From assembly GCF_006345805.1 (NCBI RefSeq), contig NW_021832915.1, positions 1 to 29,438 of the forward strand: 29,438 nt of DNA. Reading direction: 5' to 3'. The notes beneath the pieces were generated by a model. That model saw only the letters and a program-made list of their open reading frames with translations, was not told the DNA's origin and did not search any database. This DNA comes from Octopus sinensis. Lineage: Eukaryota. Below are positions 1 through 9,048 of the stretch, piece by piece; within the stretch, counting starts at the first letter, position 1; each line of letters begins with the position of its first letter. A program made the translations under genes and the position numbers.

Positions 1-66
1 CGATCTATTGCATTTCAATCTGTTTTAGGGTTAGGGTTAGAGTTAGGATTAGTTAGGGTTAGGGGT
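1..66 (+). mobile_element. Partial MITE internal module ending in degenerate (TTAGGG)n
   Basis: CGATCTATTGCATTTCAATCTGTTTTAGGG is identical to 312-341 inside the MITE at 262-633. It is followed by about 6 degenerate TTAGGG units. Confidence 0.75.
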
Positions 67-70
67 GCCA

Positions 71-260
71 CAATAGAGCCTACAACGGCTAAAATTTAAT
101 TTTTCACGCAATAATAAGTTGATTATCCCCCAAAACGGGAAAACCTATAATATTTCTTTCCTCTTAATGAGGATAACAGTTCAAATCCCACTCCCGCTGG
201 GTGGGTGGGGGACACAACAATAAAGCCTACAACGGCTTTAATAAGCTCAATATTTCAACA
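71..260 (+). repeat. ~190-bp module adjoining MITE (copy 1)
   Basis: Reverse complement of 1221-1422. Contains AGCCTACAACGGCT twice. Confidence 0.85.
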
Positions 261-261
261 G

Positions 262-633
262 GGATCTTTTCGGTTTGAACGGCAGTTTTTTCCAGATTAT
301 GACCCTAGTATCGATCTATTGCATTTCAATCTGTTTTAGGGGGAAGGGTATCTTTTTTTCTTCAGAAATGTAAATAAAACCAAACTGTTTCTTAAACGAG
401 GGACATATTCATACGGCACAGAATGCTTTTTAACTCAATAGACATCATTGATTGGTTGAAATTGCAGAAACTGAAGAAAAAGAACACCAAATATCTTACA
501 AACCATAGAATTTTCTCAAGAAAGCCAAGAGAAAAAGATGTTTTATAAACACATTCTACCAGTATACGAAGTTTAAAAGTGTTTAGTTACAAAGAAATTA
601 TTTTAAAAACTGCCGTTCAAACCGAAAAGATCC
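262..633 (+). mobile_element. MITE with ~29-bp TIRs (copy A)
   Basis: GGATCTTTTCGGTTTGAACGGCAGTTTTT at 262 and its reverse complement ending at 633. No coding capacity. Confidence 0.85.
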
Positions 634-744
634 ACGTAATGGAAATCGAAAGTGCCATGTAGAGATCGTGAGCGCAACATCTCCCACCTCTACTTACACA
701 TGCACACTTGTACGCCGTACGCCGTACGCCTTTCACGTTAAGTG

Positions 745-797
745 GAGAGTATTGCTCAAGGGTGCAATGTATCATCACTCCGTCCGGGAATCGAAAT
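745..797 (-). mobile_element. tRNA-SINE head remnant
   Basis: Minus strand TTTCGATTCCCGGAC (B-box-like) followed by CCTTGAGCAA. Confidence 0.4.
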
Positions 798-799
798 TG

Positions 800-1212
800 G
801 GATCTTTTCGGTTTGAACGGCAGTTTTTAACATAATTTCTAGGTAACTAAAAAGTTTTAAACTTCGCATACTGGTAGAATGTGTTCATAAAACATCTTTT
901 TCTCTTGGCTTTATTGAGAAAATCCTATAGTTTGTTAGATATTTGTTGTTTTTTTTCTTCAATTTCTGCAATTTCAACCAATCAATGACGTCTATTGAGG
1001 TAAAAAAAACATTCTGAGCCGTATGAATATGTCCCTCGTTTAAGAAACAGTTTGGGTTTATTTACATTTCTGAAGAACCCTAACCCTAACCCTAACTAAC
1101 CATAACCCTAAAACAGATTGAAATGCAATAGATCGATACTAGGGTCATAATTATGGGTGACAATTTCATATGACACCGCTTGAAAAAACTGCCGTTCAAA
1201 CCGAAAAGATCC
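800..1212 (-). mobile_element. MITE with ~29-bp TIRs (copy B), contains (CCCTAA)n
   Basis: Same TIRs as copy A. Interior is the reverse complement of copy A plus a telomere-like tract at ~1077-1110 and ~30 extra bp. Confidence 0.85.
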
Positions 1213-1220
1213 TCGTTAAC

Positions 1221-1422
1221 TGTTGAAATATTGAGCTTATTAAAGCCGTTGTAGGCTTTATTGTTGTTCCCCCCACTCACCCACCCACCCACCGAGCGGG
1301 GGTGGGATTTGAACTGTTATCCTCATTAAAAGGAAAGAAATATTATAGGTTTTCCCGTTTTAGGGGATAATCAACTTATTATTGTGTGAAAAATTAAATT
1401 TTAGCCGTTGTAGGCTCTATTG
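1221..1422 (-). repeat. ~190-bp module adjoining MITE (copy 2)
   Basis: Reverse complement of 71-260. Confidence 0.85.
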
Positions 1423-2026
1423 GTGAAGTTGAATGGGCTAATCACCCGTGCAATGGATTTTTAAATTGATTACGAAAACACTGATAGTTGACAAATCTTG
1501 TCGTATTAATTTATTACACTGTGTAACAAGATTTTGGTCCTTGAGAAGCAACTGTCATTTCCCATTCCCTGTTTGCTTGTCCCTAGAAAATATCAAAAAT
1601 GGCTAATATTTCCTTCAAACTTTACTTTTTTTTACATTTATTCAAAGCCCAAAGAATCCCTCTCAACTGATAGCTGTGTTGCTTCCCCACTATTCCTGCT
1701 CGTCATCAGAGATGCTCATATTGTCAGCCACTAAGGAACAGGTTCACGCAGTCATAGTCAAGCAAGTGACAAGCAAATCTGTGATATTGAGCAGAATATT
1801 TGATATAATGATATTTCTGCTTCAGCAACTCAGTGCTGAATCAGAAATGTAATGGAAAATAGGTCAGTTTCAAAACACAGACGTCCAGATGACAAAAGCA
1901 AAGTGTGAAGGGAATAGTAGTCGTTTCCTTTGATTTCTAGATAGAAACAAATAGGAAATAACACTTACTGACCAAAGGCCAAAAGATAAATAAATAAAAT
2001 AAATAAAATTAAAATTTTGTTACGCA

Positions 2027-2436
2027 GGCGCAGGAGTGGCTGTGTTGTAAGTAGCTTGCTTACCAACTACATGGTTCCAGGTTCAGTCCCACTGCGTGGC
2101 ACCTTGGGCAAATGTCTATAGCCTCGGGCTGACCAAAGCCTTGTGAGTGGATTTGGTAGACGGAAACTGAAAGAAGCCCATCGTATATATGTATATGTAT
2201 ATATATGTGTTTGTGTGTCTGTGTTTGTCCCCACCCCCACAACATCGCTTGACAACCGGTGCTGGCGTGTTTACGTCCCCGTAACTTAGCGGTTCGGCAA
2301 AAGAGACCGATAGAATAAGTACTAGGCTTACAAAGAATAAGTCGTGGGGTCGATTTGCTCGACTAAAGGCGGTGCTCCAGCATGACCGCAATCAAATGAC
2401 TGAAACAAGTAAAAGAGTAAAAGAGAGTAAAGAGAG
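2027..2436 (+). mobile_element. tRNA-derived SINE family 1 (CORE-like, internal TA/TG microsatellite), full length
   Basis: A box (GTGGCTGTGTTG), B box (GGTTCAGTCC), CCTTGGGCAA CORE-like start, tail TGACTGAAACAAGT(AAAAGAGT)n. Many copies in the window. Confidence 0.9.
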
Positions 2437-2487
2437 TGTTATTTAAGTTAATTTAATATTTGCTTAAGTTTCCAACTTACAAAGGGT

Positions 2488-2689
2488 CGTCCAAGAATTT
2501 GGACCTGGAGATCTCCATTTCCAGCAACTTCGAGGGCCACCTCCCACTGGTGTCGGGCGTCAACGAAGAGCCCTCGACTACAACAAGACGACCAAAGTTT
2601 TTTTTCCAAGGTCTGGGGTCTCCAGCCCCTAAGCCCTAGACCATCATCTAATCACCCTTACCCGTCTTGTTGCTTAACAACAACAACAA
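2488..2689 (+). mobile_element. Unclassified ~200-bp structured element with (AAC)n tail (copy 1)
   Basis: ~95% identical to the reverse complement of 5041-5252, with the same 5' boundary CGTCCAAGAATTTGG. Confidence 0.7.
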
Positions 2690-2812
2690 TTTGACAAAGG
2701 TGACCGTCCCTGGTTCTGAAAAGTCAGTATTCCGGTAAAGCTTTGGAATCAACGGTTCCGGAAAATCGAATTTTTACCTGTAAATTTTTTTTTTTTTTGC
2801 GATGGATTCACC

Positions 2813-3211
2813 TTACTCTTTTACTTGTTTCAGTCAGTTGACTGCGGCCATGCTGGAGCACCGCCTTTAGTCGAGCAAATCGACCCCGGACTTATTCTTT
2901 GTAAGCCCAGTACTTATTCTATCGTTCTCTTTTTCCGAACCGCTAAGTGACGGGGACGTAAACACACCAGCATCGGTTGTCAAGCAATGCTAGGGACAAA
3001 CACAGACACACAAACATATACCACAACACTTATATATATATACTATACAACGACAGGCTTCTTTCAGTTTCCGTCTACCAAATCCACTCACAAGCATTGG
3101 TCGGCCCGGGGCTATAGTAGAAGACACTTGCCCGAGATGCCACGCAGTGGGACTGAACCCGAACCATGTGGTTGGTTAGCAAGCTACTTACCACACAGCC
3201 ACTCCTGCGCC
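2813..3211 (-). mobile_element. SINE family 1, full length
   Basis: Reverse complement of the 2027-2436 family from head to tail. Confidence 0.9.
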
Positions 3212-3228
3212 TATATATATACATATAT

Positions 3229-3380
3229 ACGACAGGCTTCTTTCAGTTTCCGTCTACCAAATCCACTCACAAGGCATTGGTCGGCCCGGGGCTATAGTAG
3301 AAGACACTTGCCCAAGATGCCACGCAGTGGGACTGAACCCGGAACCATGTGGTTGGTTAGCAAGCTACTTACCACACAGC
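3229..3380 (-). mobile_element. SINE family 1, 5' half
   Basis: Near-identical to 3050-3199. Ends at the internal microsatellite. Confidence 0.85.
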
Positions 3381-3714
3381 GTCTCTTTATTACAAGTAAC
3401 TTACCTCTAGATATAGTTTCAGAAGAGACGCACCCTCATATTATTTTCAGTTAGCAGTCTTGCACGAAATGTTTTCGGTTACAAACATTGCGGAGAACAC
3501 CTTATTCATTGACAGCAACGATCATCATCATTATAATGGCAGTTTCTTCGTGTCGGAAGATCATGAGGAGGGCCAACACGCCCTTCAGTGGTTATGTAAA
3601 CAGATCCCTGATACACCTTGGATTTTTTTACCTGTCAGTGCTTAGTAGTTTTAAAGTGTGAGTCAGTGCACGCATTTCGACCTCATTCTTTAGACTTGGA
3701 GTTCTGTACAGAGG

Positions 3715-3831
3715 GGCTCACCTGGCCAAGACGTCTACGCTGACCACCAATTTGAAGGCTTTCCATTTGAGGGGCCGTCCTCAAGGCGAATTGCTTAACA
3801 AGGCCCGAGAGTTCAGCCTACCCGGGATACG
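3715..3831. repeat. Diverged ~118-bp direct repeat, copy A (partner 4560-4679)
   Basis: Shared blocks GGCTCA, CAAGACGTCT, TGACCACCAA, GCTTTCCATT, CCTACCCG.GAT.CG. Confidence 0.7.
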
Positions 3832-3873
3832 TATACACACACATATACATACATACACATACATACACATACA

Positions 3874-3906
<33 letters not shown>

Positions 3907-4012
3907 GCATACACACATACATGTATATACACATATATCCATACATACTTGCATGCATACATACATATATGCATGCATGCATACATACATGCGTACTTAT
4001 GTATGTGTGTTT

Positions 4013-4064
<52 letters not shown>

Positions 4065-4378
4065 CTTATATACACACACATACATATATGCATACACACA
4101 TACATATATATATACACATATATCCATACATACATGCATGCATACATACATACATATATGCATGCATACATACGTACGTATGTGTGTGTGTTTGTATGTG
4201 TGTGTGTATACACACATATATATACATACATACACATACATATATGCATACACACACATACATATATATATATACATATATATCCATACATACATGCATA
4301 CATACATACATACGTACGTACGTATGTGTGTGTGTGTATGTGTGTGTGTATGTGTGTGTGTGTGTATGTGTATGTGTG
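3832..4378. repeat. Compound (CATA/TA/TG) microsatellite with three higher-order units
   Basis: ATATATGCATACACAC...ATATATCCATACATAC recurs at ~3901, ~4085 and ~4241. Confidence 0.85.
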
Positions 4379-4504
4379 TCTTTGTGGTTGTGTTTGTCCC
4401 TGATTACCGCTTGACAACTAATGTCAATTTCTTCGACCAAACCCGTCAAGGTGTTGCTCCAGCATTGCCGCATTCCAGTGACCGAAGCAAGTAAAAGATA
4501 AAAG
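4375..4504 (+). mobile_element. SINE family 1, diverged 3' half
   Basis: GTGTTTGTCCC...CGCTTGACAAC...GCTCCAGCAT...AGTAAAAGATAAAAG. Confidence 0.7.
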
Positions 4505-4559
4505 GGCCAAAGAGTCTGTCCGCTCAGTCTGATCCCACTCATGAACATCTGACCACAGT

Positions 4560-4679
4560 GGCTCAACCGGTCAAGACGTCTGCGGTGACCACCAAGCTGA
4601 AAGCTTTCCATTGGAAAGGCCTTCTCCTCCTACGTGTATTGCTTTACAGGCCTGGGGAGCTCCACCTACCCGAGATTCG
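4560..4679. repeat. Diverged ~118-bp direct repeat, copy B
   Basis: See 3715-3831. Confidence 0.7.
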
Positions 4680-4755
4680 AAACAATAAATGAATGGGAAA
4701 AGCAAAAAGGGGTCCGCATATTTGTTTCAGAAACAAGGATTGCTTTCAGATGCTC

Positions 4756-4996
4756 GTGATTTATGTAACAATGTCACGGAACTGCGCAAAATATGTTACA
4801 TAAGTTTATGGGTAGGCACCCCATTCTCAAAATCCCTGATGTAGGGGGCACCTTTGTTGGGTCGTCAAAATCCAGTTGCTTGTAATTTATGCAACAATGT
4901 CACGGAACCGCACAATATCTGTTGCGTAAGTTTAAGGGTAGGCACCCCGATCTCAAAACTCCTGATGTAGGGGCCACCCTTGTTGGGTCGTCAAAA
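4756..4996. repeat. Tandem duplication, period 126 bp
   Basis: 4756-4870 vs 4882-4996: 15 substitutions in 115 aligned nt by manual count. Confidence 0.9.
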
Positions 4997-5040
4997 CCGT
5001 GGTCTGGCCGAGGGGGGTAGTGGTAATGGTGGTGATGGCT

Positions 5041-5252
5041 GTTGTTGTTCTTGTTGTTGTTAAGCAACAAGACGGGTAAGGGTGATTAGGTGATGGTCTA
5101 GGGCTTAGGGGCGGGAGACCCCAGGCCTTGGAAAAAAAAAAACGTTGGTCGTCTTGTTGTAGTCGAGGGCTCTTCCTTGACGCCCGACACCACTGGGAGG
5201 TGTCCCTCGAAGTCGCTGGAAATGGAGATCTCCAGGTCCAAATTCTTGGACG
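5041..5252 (-). mobile_element. Unclassified ~200-bp structured element with (AAC)n tail (copy 2)
   Basis: Reverse complement of 2488-2689. Confidence 0.7.
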
Positions 5253-5254
5253 GC

Positions 5255-5628
5255 TGGTGGTGATGGCGGTGGTGGTGGTGGTGGTGGTGGTGGCCATGGT
5301 GGAAGTTATGATGGTGATGGTGTTTATGTAGGTGTTGCATGTATTTCGTTTCCCTTTTTCTTTCACTTCTTTCTTTCCTTTTTCGTCTTTCTTTTTCTTT
5401 TCCTTTTTCTTCTTTCTGGTGTCTCGTTTTTCCTTGAAATGTCAGACTCGGGTGTTTGCCCGCCATTGCACTCTGCTGGCTCTACTCTAATTAAAGCCGT
5501 TATTATGAGATTACGGAGAGTGGTGTAACTGCTGCTGCTGTTGTTGTTATTGTTGATGATGGTCATGTTGATGATGATGATGATGTTATGTCCTCCTCTC
5601 TCCCCCTCTCTTCTCTCCATATATATAT

Positions 5629-5659
<31 letters not shown>

Positions 5660-5700
5660 TTATATCTATATATATAATATATATGTATATTATATATACA
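5255..5700. repeat. Low-complexity block: (GGT)n, CT-rich, (GTT/GAT)n, (TA)n
   Basis: Directly visible. Confidence 0.9.
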
Positions 5701-5840
5701 AGATTAATCAGCCGAAATACTACGATGATCCGGTTTCTTGACTGAAGACTGAGGGGTTCGAATGTCCTGTCCATGTTTATTGTATCGTCTTCTATGAGTT
5801 TTTACGTTCTTGTCCATGTTGTATTTTTTCTACATACCTT
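5701..5840 (+). mobile_element. Possible Penelope pseudo-LTR fragment with degenerate hammerhead motif
   Basis: CTGAAGA (5742-5748)...GAATGTC (5760-5766) resembles CUGANGA...GAAACGUC. The fragment is embedded between (TA)n tracts. Stems are not demonstrable. Confidence 0.3.
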
Positions 5841-5939
5841 AATATACATATATATATATAATATACATATATATATTATATATTATACAATAATATCCAT
5901 ATATATATTATATATATACATATATATATATATATAAGA

Positions 5940-5997
<58 letters not shown>

Positions 5998-6004
5998 TAT
6001 ATAT

Positions 6005-6041
<37 letters not shown>

Positions 6042-6045
6042 CTAT
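5841..6045. repeat. (TA)n microsatellite
   Basis: Directly visible. Confidence 0.95.
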
Positions 6046-6217
6046 TTATTTCGTGATTTATGTTGCAGACAAGCGTTTTACTTTCTTTCTTCCTTTCTTT
6101 CCTTCCTTCCTTCTTTCTTTCTTTCTTTCTTTTTATTTTTTGTGGGGTACGTGTGTCCACACTTCCCAGTTTAGTTGTTTATTTTTGAGTTTTGTCCTTC
6201 GTCTCCTCTGTGTGTGT

Positions 6218-6341
6218 GGTTCCGGCTTCAGTCTCACTGCGTGGTACCTTGGGCAGGTGTCTTCTACAATAGCCTCGGGCCGACCAAAACCTTGTGAGTG
6301 GATTTGGTAGACGGAAACTGAAAGAAGCCCGCTGTGTGTAG

Positions 6342-6378
<37 letters not shown>

Positions 6379-6587
6379 GTATATGTTTGTGTGTTTGTGT
6401 TTGTCCCCCAACATCGCTTAACAACCCATGGTGGTGTGTTTACGTCCCCGCAACGTAGCGTTTCTGCAAAAGGGACTGATAGAATATGTACTAGACTTAC
6501 AAAGAATAAGTCCTGGGGTTGATTTGCTCGACTAAAAGCGGTGCTCCAGCATGGACACAGTTAAATGACTGAAACAAGTAAAAGAGT
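6218..6587 (+). mobile_element. SINE family 1, slightly 5'-truncated
   Basis: Runs from the B-box region to the AAAAGAGTA tail. Confidence 0.9.
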
Positions 6588-6598
6588 ATTACACACAA

Positions 6599-7202
6599 AA
6601 ATACCTATTTCTTTACTACCCACGAGGGGTTAAACACAGAAGGGACAAACAAGGACAGACAAAGGGATTAAGTCGATTATATCGACCGCAGTGCGTTACA
6701 GGTACTTAATTTATCGCCCCCGAAAGGATGAAAGGCAAAGTCGACTTCGGCGGAATTTGAACTCAGAACGTAACGGCAGACGAAATACCTATTTCTTTAC
6801 TACCCACAAGGAGCTAAACACAGAAGGGACAAACAAGGACAGACAAAATGATTAAGTCGATTATATCGACCCAGTGCGTAACTGGTACTTATTTAATCGA
6901 CCCCGAAAGGATGAAAGGCAAAGTCGACCTCAGCAGAATTTGAACTCAGAAGGTAACGGCAGACGAAATACCTATTTCTTTACTATCCACAAGGGGCTAA
7001 ACATAGAAGGGACAAACAAGGACAGACAAAGGGATTAAGTAGATTACATCGACCCCAGTGCGTAACTGGTACTTAATTTATCGACCCCGAAAGGATGAAA
7101 GGCAAAGTCGACCTCGGCGGAATTTGAACTCAGAACGTAACGGCAGACGAAATACCGCAAAGCATTTCGCTCGGCGTGCTAACGATTCTGCCAGCTCGCC
7201 GC
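6599..7202 (-). mobile_element. Deu/Nin-domain tRNA-SINE, head-to-tail trimer (184/183/184 bp) with one complete head
   Basis: Minus strand GTCGACTTTGCCTTTCATCCTTTCGGGGTCGAT...AAGTACC matches the Deu/Nin core as I recall it. Monomer at 16049-16285. Confidence 0.9.
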
Positions 7203-7256
7203 CGTTGACACACACAAATACCGACACGCATCTTTATTCCATTCTGTCATAAACAA

Positions 7257-7259
<3 letters not shown>

Positions 7260-7297
<38 letters not shown>

Positions 7298-7820
7298 CTT
7301 CACTCGCACACACACACACACACACACAACATACACGTGCGCGTGAGCTCACAAACACTCACAAATATATACACACGTCTTTATACCCGCTCTCTCTCTC
7401 TCTCTCTCTGTCATACATAAGCTCTCTTTCTTTCTCTCTCCGCCTTTATCATCATCTCCCTCTCTCTCTTTCTCTCTCTCTCACACACTCACACAGAAAT
7501 ACACACACACACGTATATACACACACATCTTTACACCTTCTCTCCCTTTCTCTCTCTCTCTTTCTCCACCTTTATCACAATCTCTCTCACACACACACAA
7601 ACACACACACATGCACACACACGCACGAACGCACGCACACACACACAAATAAACGCACACATATACACACACGCACGAACGCACGCACACACACACATAT
7701 ATACACACACATCTTCACACCCTCTCTTTCTCCACCTTTATCACAATCTCTCTCTCTCTCTGTCTCACTTACACACACATACACACACGCACACACATAC
7801 ACACGCACACACACACACAC

Positions 7821-7879
<59 letters not shown>

Positions 7880-7890
7880 TTCCTCTCTCT
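7260..7890. repeat. Compound (CT)n/(CA)n microsatellite with recurring CC(A/G)CCTTTATCA motif
   Basis: Motif at ~7440, ~7566 and ~7732. Confidence 0.9.
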
Positions 7891-8196
7891 CCAGCCAGAT
7901 GGTAGCCTATCCAGTTTTTATCTGTCAACATATTTCTCAAGTCGAGTGCTTTACTATAAACCAACCGATGAAACAGACTTTATCAGATTGCCGATCTTAT
8001 AACATCCTGTCTCCCAGTTTATCTTGCTACACTTTTCCTTTCCCATTTGTTTTGTTTTTTAAAACCAATGGCCCCGATTTGTTGCTGCTACCGTCTTCCC
8101 AACTAAACAATTTGCTCTCCCTCAACCTGTGCCCGCTTGCGCTATTTTCCTATTGACCGACCTACAATCCACTCTGCCCCAAACATTCTGCCTTCT

Positions 8197-8550
8197 CACT
8201 CACTTTTGCTCTCTTTCATTGACTGTGTGGTAAGAGGCTTGCATCCCAACCACATGGCTCCGGGTTCAGCCCCACCGCGTGGCCACTCACTTTCGCTCTC
8301 TTTCACTGACTGTGTTGTAAGAGGCTTGCCTCCCAACCACATGGTTCCGGGTTCAGCCCCACCGCGTGGCCACTCAATTTCGCACTCTCTTTCACTGGCT
8401 GTGTGCTAAGAGGCTTGCCTCTCAACCACATGGCTCCGGGTTCAGCCCCACTGCATGACATCTTGGACAAGTGTCTTCTACGATAGCCTCGGACCGATCA
8501 AAGCTTTATGATTGGATTTGGTTGAAGGAAACTGAAAGAAGCCTGTCGTG
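8197..8550 (+). mobile_element. SINE family 1 variant with tRNA head triplicated (87-bp period), then 5'-half body
   Basis: CACTCA...GACTGTGT(G/T)GTAAGAGGCTTGC...GGGTTCAGCCCCAC units start at 8197, 8284 and 8371. Confidence 0.9.
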
Positions 8551-8624
8551 TGTGTATGTGTGTGTGTGTATCTATATATAATAATTCAGTTTTGGGGATT
8601 AATAGATATGTAGGTATTCTATTT

Positions 8625-8846
8625 CAATTGCAGCGTGGAAGGTGTTTATAAGCCATTTAAGAAACACACAAAAGCCGTTCGATTCACTTCAACATTTAAG
8701 TTTAATTTGTCAAAATTAAATGTTGAAGTGAATCTAATGGCTTTTCTGTGTTTCTTAAATGGCTTACAAACACCTTCCACGCTGCAATTGTTTTCGTTTC
8801 AGCACACGATCTCAGATCAAATCACTTGCTATGCAAGTACATCTCC
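8625..8846. mobile_element. Asymmetric fold-back element (75-bp arms, 16-nt loop, 56-nt extension) with 13-bp flanking direct repeat
   Basis: Arms 8625-8699 and 8716-8790 differ at 4 positions. GTATTCTATTTCA at 8614-8626 and 8847-8859. Confidence 0.85.
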
Positions 8847-8859
8847 GTATTCTATTTCA

Positions 8860-9048
8860 GATTATGCAAAAAATACCATAATGAGAATAACTCGTGGTAT
8901 CTATATACACATCAAGAAATAATACTTTAAGGATAAAACCAGTACACCAGCAGGGTATAAAATATACTTCCTTAATTAACTTCTACTTAAGTTAAAATTA
9001 TCATTATGAAGGAACTACACGTGTTTCAGTATTGGAAGATTATAATAC
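8860..9048 (-). mobile_element. Probable Penelope pseudo-LTR with 3' half of a hammerhead
   Basis: Minus strand GTATT...AATACT-GAAACACGTGTA (9016-9048), downstream of the PLE ORF. The CUGANGA half is absent, with (TA)n in its place. Confidence 0.5.

Noticed and set aside
24-66. TTAGGG tracts as a true telomere (also 1077-1110)
   Set aside because: Short, degenerate and internal to MITE sequence.
1560-1860. Segment that looks like a familiar octopus interspersed repeat; contains CTGATGA on the minus strand at ~1703-1709
   Set aside because: No second copy or diagnostic ends in the window. No GAAA or stems for a hammerhead.
2027-2100. tRNA genes at SINE heads
   Set aside because: A and B boxes run directly into SINE bodies and no complete cloverleaf could be drawn.
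2987-3454. Recurrent peptide SFRLPNPLTRLWSARGYSRRHLPK in several ORFs
   Set aside because: Antisense translation of SINE family 1, not a gene family.
3460-3645. 61-aa non-repetitive ORF
   Set aside because: No recognisable domain, non-ATG start, no convincing splice sites.
3752-4417. Long YI/HT/CV-repeat ORFs (also 16646-17653 and 26979-27504)
   Set aside because: Dinucleotide and tetranucleotide microsatellite artefacts.
4756-4870. HDV-like, twister or hammerhead assignment for the 126-bp unit
   Set aside because: ATGTAAC/GTTACAT resembles the RTE-insert helix, but P2, P3 and P1.1 are absent. CTGATGT lacks the GA and GAAA of a hammerhead core.
6599-7202. Regularly spaced repeats resembling a CRISPR array (also 8197-8460)
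   Set aside because: Whole units are repeated with no unique spacers. These are SINE multimers in a eukaryotic context.
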